Shown piece after piece: positions 30,466 to 39,834 of a stretch of DNA of 64,000 nucleotides; within the stretch, counting starts at the first letter, position 1; every line of letters begins with the position of its first letter. Source of the DNA: Candidatus Bathyarchaeia archaeon. GTDB taxonomy: Archaea > Thermoproteota > Bathyarchaeia > 40CM-2-53-6. A program made the translations under genes and the position numbers. The stretch is from assembly GCA_049517415.1 (NCBI GenBank), contig JBEKSC010000007.1:1-64000 (forward strand). Reading direction: 5' to 3'. The notes beneath the pieces are model-generated. The model worked only from the letters and a program-made list of their open reading frames with translations, was not told the origin of the DNA and searched no databases.

Positions 30466-32397
30466 TCAGGTCTGATTCTTTTGTTTCCGTAGTAGCAAAA
30501 TCAAGACTGCGATGACGGCCATTATTATGGCGACAACGAGCCAAACCGGGAGCGCGAATGTCGAACCCGTTGCTATTGTTGACTGGTAGTTGGCTAGGTA
30601 CGCTCGTACTGCGACTGCTTGATTACCAAGTTGACTCGCTTGAATTGTGAAACTTGCTCGGCCTGTTGAGTCGGTTATTATAGTTGGGAGTTGCTTTCCA
30701 TTCACGTACGGGGTGAGTGAAGCACCAGCCAGTGGGTTTCCGTGTACGTCCGTCACCGTCACAGTAGCGTGTGAGGAGGTCACGGTTATGGGGGGTTGGG
30801 AGAGGCTGAGAATCATTCCAGCAGGTGCAATATTCATGGAGAGAGACACGGACGAGGGTAGGAACCATGCACGGCAACTTGGTCCTCCCACATAGTAGAC
30901 TCGAACATTGTAGGCTCCGACATTGTACTTGAGATCCAGTTCAATGAGAGCCCCGCCTGTTTGATTAGTCGTGACTGAGGTTATCTGCTTCCAATCGCCC
31001 TGGTCTTGAAGATCTACCTCGATTGTCTGGCCTGTAATCGGCGCCCCTGTCTGATCCACCAAAACGACTGTTGTCGCCACCTTATCATTGTAGGCTGCGG
31101 TGATCTGCGTATTCAAGGCATGTAGCTGCGTTGGGAGAATTTGAGCCGTAAGCAGCTGCGTCGTGTATAGCGCCATAATCTTCCCTGGCGTGCCTAGGAA
31201 ATTGAGGTAGACACCATTGCTTGAATCATAGAAGTGATCTGCTGGTTCAAAGACTGCACCGTTTAGATCGTCCACGTGATCTTCACTTGGAAACAGGGTT
31301 CCCGTTTTTGGATTGATTAGCCTCAGGATTCCGTTACCCGTATTCAGGCTCTCGTCGGCGAGGTACACCAAGACCCCGGCCGCGGGAAGATGTGAATCAC
31401 AGCCCGACTTGGCGCGGTCCTCGACAAAGTAGTATTGACTCTGCGAGATCGGTATGATCATTGCAGTCGCCTGAGGAGACCCCAAAGGGTTCAGGGAGAT
31501 AGAGGATATCGGTAAGTTTGGGTCTCCTACAGTTGGTGTGAGCCAACCAAGCAAGGTTGCTCCCCAACCTCCGATATAGGATGGTGTGCTCTCAGTTTTG
31601 TTGTAGCAACATCGATTTCCATCATCCATCAATGACCAGTATCCAACATAGCTACCCCCGGTAACAGCATCATATAGGTCCGGGAGACCAAAAAGGTGGC
31701 CCCACTCATGTGCAAACGCCCCAACCCCATTCAATTCCGAAAGAACCGCATAGTCTTCGAACGCCTTTCCCTTGGAGGATACAGGGTTGACTCCTTCATA
31801 GTTCGGGAAGACTGAACAGAAGCATTGCGACCATATCTCATCGGATCTGACATTATATTGATCATCAGCCTGATCCTCCCCCGCATGGACGATGACAAGA
31901 TACTTGAATCCCGTGACATCGACCGAGGGGGGCAGCATGGCGAGCGCGTCAGGAGCCAGAGCTTGCAGGTTGTCGTCGTCACCAGGGTTCCTACGATCAT
32001 GCCCATAGTAGCTCATCGTATGGCGAAGTGAGTACCAACCATACACAGCTCCCGTAATGGAGATGTGGCCGTAAGATACTTCGGCGTAGTAAGCATTGAG
32101 CTGCGACATTGCAACGCCCTCAATATCCTGGAGGCTCTTCACATGATGAACATCCTGAAAGTCGACTAGAATTATCAGCGCCTTCTGTTCACCCATCACA
32201 GTATGCGCCCCCGAGAGTATCATGTAGTGATACCTTACAGTAGCCCCTGCCTGAGCGAAAGCGGTGGGAGAGGCGAATGCAATCCAGAGAATTACCACAA
32301 ACCCTAGCACAAGCCTGTGTATGTGCACTCTCGTTTCACTATCCCCGTGCGCTGGGCTAACCAGGTTGCTTCTCATGCCCGAGCATAATGAAGGCAA
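30466..32397 (-). CDS. M6 family (immune inhibitor A-like) metalloprotease, secreted, with C-terminal Ig-like domains and TM anchor
   Basis: ILVDFQD, YY.EVSYG, IVHAGEDQ, AHEWGHLFGLPDLYD, WSLMDDG, LGWL; C-terminal TM helix + RKQK. Confidence 0.88.
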   Translation of the reverse strand: MPSLCSGMRSNLVSPAHGDSETRVHIHRLVLGFVVILWIAFASPTAFAQAGATVRYHYMILSGAHTVMGEQKALIILVDFQDVHHVKSLQDIEGVAMSQLNAYYAEVSYGHISITGAVYGWYSLRHTMSYYGHDRRNPGDDDNLQALAPDALAMLPPSVDVTGFKYLVIVHAGEDQADDQYNVRSDEIWSQCFCSVFPNYEGVNPVSSKGKAFEDYAVLSELNGVGAFAHEWGHLFGLPDLYDAVTGGSYVGYWSLMDDGNRCCYNKTESTPSYIGGWGATLLGWLTPTVGDPNLPISSISLNPLGSPQATAMIIPISQSQYYFVEDRAKSGCDSHLPAAGVLVYLADESLNTGNGILRLINPKTGTLFPSEDHVDDLNGAVFEPADHFYDSSNGVYLNFLGTPGKIMALYTTQLLTAQILPTQLHALNTQITAAYNDKVATTVVLVDQTGAPITGQTIEVDLQDQGDWKQITSVTTNQTGGALIELDLKYNVGAYNVRVYYVGGPSCRAWFLPSSVSLSMNIAPAGMILSLSQPPITVTSSHATVTVTDVHGNPLAGASLTPYVNGKQLPTIITDSTGRASFTIQASQLGNQAVAVRAYLANYQSTIATGSTFALPVWLVVAIIMAVIAVLILLLRKQKNQT

Positions 32398-32440
32398 CCA
32401 TCGCGAGTACTACCGCATCACAGAGAGTTGGTGAGACGGT

Positions 32441-33412
32441 TCATGGCTTTGGGATGGGCTTCGGTTTGCGGCTTCTCGCAAAGATTACCGCAACGATTAC
32501 GACTAGGATGACGAGGAGGCCGACTATGACCAAACCGTTCTGTTGAATCAACCCCACAAAGAAAGCAGCTTGATTGGGTTGAGAGGAATTGCTGAGGTTC
32601 TGGGGTGATGTCGTCTGCGTCTGCCCGCTTACCATCAAGGTGAAATTCGCGTCTCGTTCTCTCCCTCCCCCAGTACCTCTCACTCTTATTGCGACTTGCC
32701 CGGCTGACGCTGATTGTGTCGTCGAGACGGTCAGCAGTGAGTTGTAGGGGGGTTTTCCGGATTGTGGGTCGAATGACGCAGTTATTCCCGCCGGCATGTT
32801 CTTGATGCCTAGCTGAACATGAACTGGTGTTCCAGAGATGAGGTTTACTATCACAACGTACGCTGCGCTTTGACCTGGGGTTACCGTTCGTTCGGTTGGC
32901 GAAACTGATATTGAAAAGTCGAATGGTGCCTGAGTACTAGTTGTTGAGCTCTCTCTCACTGTCCGAGTTGTTGTCCGACTTGTTGAACTCCGTACCTGTG
33001 TTTGAGTTACCGAAGCGACAACTTCGAAGGTCGCGCCTCCGCCTATCGCTGCTCCACCCAACGGGCCGGGGATTACGATCAAGACTGTTACAAAGTACTT
33101 TCCAGGTGTGCTAATGCCAGGAGCAGCTACATCGTAGCTGTACCCGAAGTATACCCCCATATGCAAGCTTTTCCAGATGTTAGAGCAGCCGGAGCAGGTT
33201 CCGACCTCAACGGTGGCATTGGCCTGGCCCTGAAATTGGGAGTTGACTGTGAAGTGTACGTCGAATGATTGGCCCACGGGCACTGTTGGCGGAACCACAC
33301 TGACATCAACTGGTGCAGATGTCGCGACGACCGTGCTGCTCGTTGTTGTGGGGAGAGACGCAACACAGACCAACGAAAGAATCACTATTGTTGCCCAATT
33401 TTCCGAAGCCAA
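32441..33412 (-). CDS. Secreted surface protein with Ig-like domains and C-terminal TM anchor
   Basis: Signal-like N-terminus from TTG 33412, S/T-rich linkers, 'FDFSISVSP..TVTPGQSA.Y.V.V' domain, TM + basic tail. Confidence 0.7.
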   Translation of the reverse strand: MASENWATIVILSLVCVASLPTTTSSTVVATSAPVDVSVVPPTVPVGQSFDVHFTVNSQFQGQANATVEVGTCSGCSNIWKSLHMGVYFGYSYDVAAPGISTPGKYFVTVLIVIPGPLGGAAIGGGATFEVVASVTQTQVRSSTSRTTTRTVRESSTTSTQAPFDFSISVSPTERTVTPGQSAAYVVIVNLISGTPVHVQLGIKNMPAGITASFDPQSGKPPYNSLLTVSTTQSASAGQVAIRVRGTGGGRERDANFTLMVSGQTQTTSPQNLSNSSQPNQAAFFVGLIQQNGLVIVGLLVILVVIVAVIFARSRKPKPIPKP

Positions 33413-33522
33413 TTTCCTTTCAACTCCGCAAGATGTGATTACTTTTCCGGATATTCTTCCATCGAATCGAAGAAGCTTCGTGAGCCCCCAATTTCTGCCT
33501 GACCATGAGCCAAACTCTCGGG

Positions 33523-36405
33523 CTATGAGGATGCATCCCAATGACCCACGTGTGAAGCTAGGCGAAGGGAACGATGCGGATTGTTTCCTGCGATCCAGGC
33601 GGATGGGATGAAGGGGCGTGAGGGAATTGGTAGGCAATCTTCCGCTGTGGCCGAGTCCTTGGAAAACATCGAGGATAGCGGTGATATGAGTGACTGGGGG
33701 TTCCGGGATGTAACAGTAACAGTCGCGGGTTTGTCATGCAGCGGAGCCTGACATCGGAGGGTGAGACCTAGGGTCTTGTCGCCCGGCACGGAGCCTTCAT
33801 ATGCAGTCAGGGTGATGGTTACTTGAGTGGACGTGTTCAATGTGCAGTATGGTCCGGCTTGAAAAGTGGCGGAAACTGGGCAGCCATTACTGCAGTCCTG
33901 GTTGGAGAGACTGCCGGAGCCGATTGTCGTCGGGCTGTTAGAACCGGAAGCAACAGTCCACGCATACTTGTTTACCTTACCCTCACCCCTACTCTTTATG
34001 GATCCGACGAGTTGAGTGGTCGATGTAGAGTATTGCAGCTGCGCGGAATCAGGTTGATCAATTGTGACTTCTGGCCCTGGATTTTCCCCTGGATTTAGAG
34101 GTTTTACGTTAACTTGAACGCTCTGGGTGGCTTGGTATCCGTTAGTGCCCGTGGCGGTGAGCGTGATCACCCACACCCCGTCGCTTGGAACGGACTCTAA
34201 TGTGGCTGCGCACCAACCAGACGATTGGGTTGGCTTAAAGGTTTGAACATTAGAGGGTTCAGCTTCCGGATAGATAGTGAAAACTAGTTGATTGCAAGGG
34301 AGACCGGTCACCCCGACACTGGCATCTCCTTCCATGTTGATCGCGTCAGTTACGTAGATCGTATCCGTTGCGGTGGGGCTAATGATGTATGCCTTCGGTT
34401 TTGCAACGGTAACGACCACGTGCACCGTCGCGCTTGAAATTGCACCCTCACTGTCCGTCGCGGTGAAAACTATGTGATAATCTCCATCACGTTTGAAGGT
34501 CTCCCCGGGGAGACTGCAGCCGTTACCAAGTTTGCCGTCCTCATCCGTCCAGACCAGATTAGCGGGGGACAAGCCGCAGAGGTCACCGTCCTGAGGAGAG
34601 ACGGCTGTGGCCTTGAAGCCTGCAGCCGCTACGCCCGACGAAACATCCATAGCCTGTTCTGGTTGAGGGTATAGGATCGCGACTACGGGCGGGAATATTG
34701 TTCCTTCGAACAGCAGCTCAGGGCCGAGTAATGGCTCCGGTCCCCATGACCATTGGCCAATATTCCATGTAAACAAACCCCAAAGGACGCTTAAGCTCAG
34801 CCCTATTCCTGCGTATGCATCGACCCCCCAGTTAACCCACCAGCTGGGATTACGTGGGATCAATGAATTCACTTGCATGAAGAAATCAGCTGACAGGGAT
34901 CCCCAGGCCGACGCGTAAATCAGCCCTCCTAGGCCACCGTTTATGGCAATTTGGAAATTAGGTCCAATTTCCACCTTAGCATCTGAACCGGACCCTGGAG
35001 TGACTGGATTGGCGCTATGGTCACCAGCCGGCGCAGTCCAACTGTTGTACATAAACCATCCCCCACATTGTTCATGTGGATCCGTACCAGGACAGCCATC
35101 CATCGTGTCATATGTCGGACCGACCTCATAACCGAAATTCTGGTTCTGGACCTGCAAATTGATTTTCTGGCTAAGGGTTCCGCTGGCTCTCCCTTCCATG
35201 AAGACATTAATGCTAAGCCAGACGAGATCATCGAAGATTAGGATCTGATCTTGGTAAAGGGTCCCCAGATTATTGTCCGTTGTACATGCGCACCAGTTCA
35301 AGCTGGTTCCCGCATTTCCAGTTAGCGAAACATCTTCATCTACAACGAATCCCAAATGTATCCTGAAGTAGTCGAGACCGTTGCTCCAAGTGAAGTGAAT
35401 GCCGGGAGTGATCCCAACCGCGAAGTTCCCACTAGCGGAGAAGGTGTCTCCACTCCCGATATCTACTGGACTGGAGGTCCCGAATGGCCCGCTGAAGAGT
35501 GAATACCAATCATAGTACCAATAATCCGGAACAATGGAGGACATTTTTGAATACTGAGAAGACCCACGAGATTTGGATGATGAGTGTGCAGTAAAGTTCA
35601 TCGCACTGTTGCCCAAGTTGAGCGCCTGAAATTCATCAAATAGGCTGGCCTGAACCGTTTCCACAACGACTTTACTTCCTTTACGGATTACGGAGAGCAC
35701 GCTGCGCATCAAACCTTGTCTTGCCAGTTGAGTTTTCTTCGGAGGAACGATTATTACATCGCCTCGAGCGAGGCCATGTAACTCTGGAGTCATGGTAGAG
35801 AATACGAAGGTGCCGTTGGAGTAGCTTGTGAGCGCGTTCAGTGTTTCACTTGGAAGAATCTTCGTAGTATCATAGACAATCGCTGATCCGGATCTCTCCG
35901 TTATGTTTCTTACGCCTACAACCTTCATGTCGAGGAGAGCGAACTGGTCAACGACACCAGCTGATGACGCTCGCACCGTCAAATTCAGCTCAGTCTTAGG
36001 CGCATCCTTCGAAGCAAAAACCTCGAAGGTACTATTCGAAACCGTTGGCCCAATGGTGGCAGGTTTGTAGGCCACCCAGTTCGGAGGATTCACAACGTCA
36101 ACTGTAATCACGCCAGAAAAACTAGTTGAGCGTTGTACGAACGCGATTATCTTCTTCCCTTCAGCCGCTGCGACATGAAAGAACGGCGGTGCCACGAAAA
36201 ATGCGAACTTGATCGGCTGCGTCGTGGCCGTCCCAACTGGGCCTGTGGTAGCCGTACTTACGGCGCTAGGATGCTGCTGAAAGAACAGCCAGTACGACGT
36301 CCCACTTGCCAGGATCAGTATAAGCAGAGCCAGAAGGGCCGTTCGAGTCTTCAAACGCATCCTTTTTCGGGTCGGAGTCTCTGATCCTACACTGGAAGGA
36401 TCCAT
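33523..36405 (-). CDS. Large (960 aa) membrane-anchored extracellular protein with repeated Ig/PKD-like modules
   Basis: N-terminal basic+TM anchor; repeated P.V.I..P ...W....G.....ITLTAT modules; Trp/Gly-rich beta region. Confidence 0.75.
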   Translation of the reverse strand: MDPSSVGSETPTRKRMRLKTRTALLALLILILASGTSYWLFFQQHPSAVSTATTGPVGTATTQPIKFAFFVAPPFFHVAAAEGKKIIAFVQRSTSFSGVITVDVVNPPNWVAYKPATIGPTVSNSTFEVFASKDAPKTELNLTVRASSAGVVDQFALLDMKVVGVRNITERSGSAIVYDTTKILPSETLNALTSYSNGTFVFSTMTPELHGLARGDVIIVPPKKTQLARQGLMRSVLSVIRKGSKVVVETVQASLFDEFQALNLGNSAMNFTAHSSSKSRGSSQYSKMSSIVPDYWYYDWYSLFSGPFGTSSPVDIGSGDTFSASGNFAVGITPGIHFTWSNGLDYFRIHLGFVVDEDVSLTGNAGTSLNWCACTTDNNLGTLYQDQILIFDDLVWLSINVFMEGRASGTLSQKINLQVQNQNFGYEVGPTYDTMDGCPGTDPHEQCGGWFMYNSWTAPAGDHSANPVTPGSGSDAKVEIGPNFQIAINGGLGGLIYASAWGSLSADFFMQVNSLIPRNPSWWVNWGVDAYAGIGLSLSVLWGLFTWNIGQWSWGPEPLLGPELLFEGTIFPPVVAILYPQPEQAMDVSSGVAAAGFKATAVSPQDGDLCGLSPANLVWTDEDGKLGNGCSLPGETFKRDGDYHIVFTATDSEGAISSATVHVVVTVAKPKAYIISPTATDTIYVTDAINMEGDASVGVTGLPCNQLVFTIYPEAEPSNVQTFKPTQSSGWCAATLESVPSDGVWVITLTATGTNGYQATQSVQVNVKPLNPGENPGPEVTIDQPDSAQLQYSTSTTQLVGSIKSRGEGKVNKYAWTVASGSNSPTTIGSGSLSNQDCSNGCPVSATFQAGPYCTLNTSTQVTITLTAYEGSVPGDKTLGLTLRCQAPLHDKPATVTVTSRNPQSLISPLSSMFSKDSATAEDCLPIPSRPFIPSAWIAGNNPHRSLRLASHVGHWDASS

Positions 36406-36739
36406 AACCCGACCTCACCTCTCTGAACGATATCTGCCACTCGTGTGCCCGGCATGAAATCGGCAGTTGCAACCACCACTAAGGAGCTCGCGACGGCTCT
36501 CTCAAGATTACGACCGGAAAATCTCAACGAGAGAACTCCAAGCACTAACGTGCGATTTGCGCCTATAACGCTTTGCATACGTACGCTACATACGTACTCT
36601 ATCCATATCTACGACCTAGTTTCAGCGATGAGAAGCTTCAATGGTCTCTTCCGAGGACTCAGAACTCGACTAGCCCATTATAGCCTGTAGACGATGATAG
36701 GCCAGCGTTATGCGAGGTGCCATGCGACCCAAATGCGAG

Positions 36740-37027
36740 CTAATCAGCGAGGCCGAATTGCTTCAGTACCTCGAGAACTCTCTTGTACTGTGATACGAAA
36801 GCTCTGCCTTTGGCAGTGCTGCCTAAGGCGCTGCTGTGCTTGAGAAGCCTGAGTTGCTCCATTTCTCGGAGATGCCGCCGCAAGCGGTCGGACGGAAGGT
36901 TAACTTCGTTCTGAACCCTCGTAATCCTCGTATACCCTTTCTTTTCTTGGCTGATTATTGAGCAGAGAATATCATAGTAAATTCTCTCACGGTTGCGTCC
37001 GCGGGTCTTGAACTCGTCCTTAGCCAA
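36740..37027 (-). CDS. Winged helix-turn-helix regulator
   Basis: RNRERIYYDIL...ITRVQNEVNL...L..HL.EM...LL......TAKG..F. Confidence 0.8.
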   Translation of the reverse strand: MAKDEFKTRGRNRERIYYDILCSIISQEKKGYTRITRVQNEVNLPSDRLRRHLREMEQLRLLKHSSALGSTAKGRAFVSQYKRVLEVLKQFGLAD

Positions 37028-37033
37028 GTCGGG

Positions 37034-37428
37034 TTAGCCTTTTCGGAATCCCTTAGTTAGAGCAACTGCCAGTGTTACCAGTCCAGCCAGTTGCATTACA
37101 TGTGCGAGAACCAGTGACGACAACCCTCTGTCAAGGGCCCAGAGCAAGAGGCTGTACTCATTCCCAGCTAGAAAAACGAAGCCGGACAGTACCATGGCTC
37201 CAACCTCATGCCGCTCGCCTTTAAGGGCTTGGTACAAGCTAAACAGTATGTACGCCAGCAAGGCCAAGTTTGTGATTCGGAACAGCTCATCCACAGTACG
37301 GTACGATGGAACAACCATCCGGGATGGAACAAGAATCGTCACAACAACAATAACCGCGAGGACGATGAGCAGGGAAAAAAGCCATACGGACGCTCGTCCC
37401 ACCGACCTCCACAAGCTTCTCCTCTTCA
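37034..37428 (-). CDS. Multi-pass membrane protein, possibly 5'-truncated at the island boundary
   Basis: Four hydrophobic helices; the ORF-track N-terminus (MVRGVGFEPT) is only the antisense att/tRNA repeat. Confidence 0.55.
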
Positions 37429-37451
37429 AGGCGTATGTTCGATCGATACCA

Positions 37452-37479
37452 GTGGGTTCGAATCCCACTCCCCGCACCA
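37452..37479 (+). repeat. attR core: duplicate of the tRNA-Leu 3' end
   Basis: 28/28 identity with 29904-29931. Confidence 0.9.
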
Positions 37480-37536
37480 TAAAATTAATTCGACGAAATC
37501 GGGAGAGCTTCCTCACGCCAAGTAAACGGGGTAAGT

Positions 37537-38172
37537 TCAGCGATCCCGTACTTCAATAATCAACTCTCCCGCCTCTTTAACTACAAAAACCAAAATCACG
37601 AACGTCGCTAGATAATCAATCCCTGAAATTCTCCAAACATAGTTAATTGCAAGACCGGAAAGTAGCGCCGCAGACATCCAGAAGCAAGTAGCCGACTCCA
37701 CAGCGTCAATCGTCAGCGGCAAGCAATCAGCAGCTATGCCAATCCGTTTCTTCTCAAACCACAATACCGGCATAATCACGACTGCCGCAATGGCAACAGC
37801 GATACCCAACAGTGAGGGTTCGGGTTTGATGCCGTTAAGGAAAGAGTAGATCGCTGCAAGCCCGATCAAGGGTATTAACGAAAGGAGAAGCAACGTTCTG
37901 ACCCATTCAGCTCGCTTACTCTCGACGTGAGCAGTTGAGCTTGATCTCCCCTTCAAGCTGGTCCTCAGATATTGTATCACGGCAAACGATGACAGTAATT
38001 CAATTAGACTGTCGCCTCCGAAGGCAAGAAGGGCGAGGCTCCAAGCGGCCATACCAGAATAAATGGCGGCAGCACATTCCACTGTCATCCATAATACGCT
38101 AACATACTCTACGAACAATCCCCGTTGCAGAAGTTTTGCGTCTGTTACCATTCTCCCACGGCCAACTTCCAT
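37537..38172 (-). CDS. Cation-efflux (CDF-like) transmembrane protein
   Basis: SLALLAFGGDSLIE, K.RIG....L..DAVES..C, D.LA motifs. Confidence 0.8.
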   Translation of the reverse strand: MEVGRGRMVTDAKLLQRGLFVEYVSVLWMTVECAAAIYSGMAAWSLALLAFGGDSLIELLSSFAVIQYLRTSLKGRSSSTAHVESKRAEWVRTLLLLSLIPLIGLAAIYSFLNGIKPEPSLLGIAVAIAAVVIMPVLWFEKKRIGIAADCLPLTIDAVESATCFWMSAALLSGLAINYVWRISGIDYLATFVILVFVVKEAGELIIEVRDR

Positions 38173-38252
38173 CAGCCTTGCTCACGCAGGTAAAGTCCAA
38201 TCCAGTGAATAATCGAAACCTCAGCGAAACTTTTCGTTCCGTAAACAGTCAC

Positions 38253-39527
38253 TCATAGTGTGAGAACTAAGATGTAGATGTTAAATGCAATAATAATTCC
38301 GCAGAAGAGGAGTGCTATTGCTGTGAGTGATTTTCGGTTGACGAAGTTACCCATCAACTTCCTATCCATCGTGAAGATTATCAGCGGAATCAGAGGGAGG
38401 GGTATTAAGAAGCTTAGGACGACTTGGCTGTAGACTAGAAGGGTCAGCGGATTAAATCCCAACAGGATCATTACCGTTGTGGGTGCGACATTGATGACTC
38501 GGATTATGATCCTTCTGACCCATGGATTGATGTGGCTTCCTAACATGCCTTCGAGTATAGCCTGGCCAGCCAGAACTCCACAACAAGAAGATGACCAACC
38601 AGAGCATAGGAGGGTTATAGCGAAAACAGTACCGGCTAAAAAGCCGAAGAGGGGCAGCAGCGTCCAATATGCCTGCTGAATCGTGGCCACTAGGATTCCG
38701 CGCGTGTTGAAGGCCGCAGATGCCATGATCAAGATCGCCGCATTAACGCACCCAGCCATGGTTAGCATGGATAGAGTCTCATTCCGATGATACCCAAGCA
38801 ATCTTTTCCTTTCTTTCAAATCTCCTTCCTGAAGTTTATTCTTGGCCAGATAGGAGTGCAATACGAGGGCATGCGGCATGACAGTTGCGCCAATAACACC
38901 AACGCAAATCACTGCTGCATTCGTGCCCGGAATCAATGGAAGAATCGAGCCCACCGCAATCGGAATCGCGTTCGGTTTGGTTATGAAGACCTCGTAAAGA
39001 TACCCTAAGCCAATTACGGTGACAAAATTTGCTATGATGAGCTCCATTCTCCGGAACTTATTGCCCGTCAGAAAGAATATGACGATAATGTCAAAGGCGG
39101 ATATGAACGCCGCTATGATTAGCGGGATGCCGAAGAGCAGATACAGGCCAATTGTGACGCCGAGAAATTCCGCTAGGTCCGTAAATACAGCGAAGATTTC
39201 GCAAGCCAGCCAGTAAGGTACGATCTTCCATCGGGTCCTCAACTTCCCGCGAATGATCTCAGCGAGAGAAAGACTAGTCGCAAGGCCCAGCTTACCGGAA
39301 AGGTATTGGAGAACCATAGCCATTATGTTCGCAAGCCAAACGACCCAAAGAAGTTGGTAAGCGTACTGTGCTCCGCCTGCAATATCGGTCCCAAAATTCC
39401 CCGGATCAATGTAAGCCGTACTAACAATCAGAGCTGGACCGATATAGCGAATGAAACCAGTTGCCGCGGAACCCCTCAAAGCGGCTCTAACCGTACGTAG
39501 CCTAGACGGAAGTGCTAATCCCAGCAT
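38253..39527 (-). CDS. mntH: Nramp family divalent metal transporter
   Basis: AYIDPGNF, DLAEFLG, GATVMPHAL.LHS, LLVYSQVVLS. Confidence 0.93.
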   Translation of the reverse strand: MLGLALPSRLRTVRAALRGSAATGFIRYIGPALIVSTAYIDPGNFGTDIAGGAQYAYQLLWVVWLANIMAMVLQYLSGKLGLATSLSLAEIIRGKLRTRWKIVPYWLACEIFAVFTDLAEFLGVTIGLYLLFGIPLIIAAFISAFDIIVIFFLTGNKFRRMELIIANFVTVIGLGYLYEVFITKPNAIPIAVGSILPLIPGTNAAVICVGVIGATVMPHALVLHSYLAKNKLQEGDLKERKRLLGYHRNETLSMLTMAGCVNAAILIMASAAFNTRGILVATIQQAYWTLLPLFGFLAGTVFAITLLCSGWSSSCCGVLAGQAILEGMLGSHINPWVRRIIIRVINVAPTTVMILLGFNPLTLLVYSQVVLSFLIPLPLIPLIIFTMDRKLMGNFVNRKSLTAIALLFCGIIIAFNIYILVLTL

Positions 39528-39574
39528 AGAACGCCCCTTCGGATGACCGGACTCGAATGGAACACGTATAAGAG

Positions 39575-39596
39575 TTAGTTTCACCTAACATTTAAA
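39575..39596 (-). promoter_or_regulatory. TATA box (TTTAAA, 39591-39596) with an adjacent DtxR/MntR-like palindrome TTAG-N6-CTAA upstream of mntH
   Basis: Minus strand reads TTTAAATGTTAGGTGAAACTAA, ~50 nt before the ATG at 39527. Confidence 0.55.
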
Positions 39597-39834
39597 GGCT
39601 AAGCTATGATGCTGTAAACCAGCAGATCCGTGAGGCAGAGTTTCGGCCGGCATACGATTAGTTGAAAGACCCGGCAGAATGTTTTTGTCTGCAACATTGG
39701 CGTCGATCAGGAACTTGAAACAGTATCCGCTCGCTAAGGGATAGAGTGGTGCATTTAGGCTTCGAGAATTCTGCCGGCCTAGATTTCGCTGGATCCCATC
39801 GGAAAAGCGTATATCACCTGCGTAATTCCCGTGG

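Larger units (their letters stand above)
29904..37479. mobile_element. tRNA-Leu-integrated genomic island (~7.5 kb), probably immobilised
   Basis: 28-bp direct repeats at both ends, integrase remnant next to the tRNA, accessory secreted-protein cargo. Confidence 0.85.

Noticed and set aside
37452..37479. Second tRNA gene or split-tRNA half
   Set aside because: Only 28 nt of the 3' arm, with no complementary leader; better explained as attR.
37429..37516. N-terminal extension of the 160-aa ORF (MVRGVGFEPT)
   Set aside because: It is the antisense translation of the tRNA-derived att repeat.
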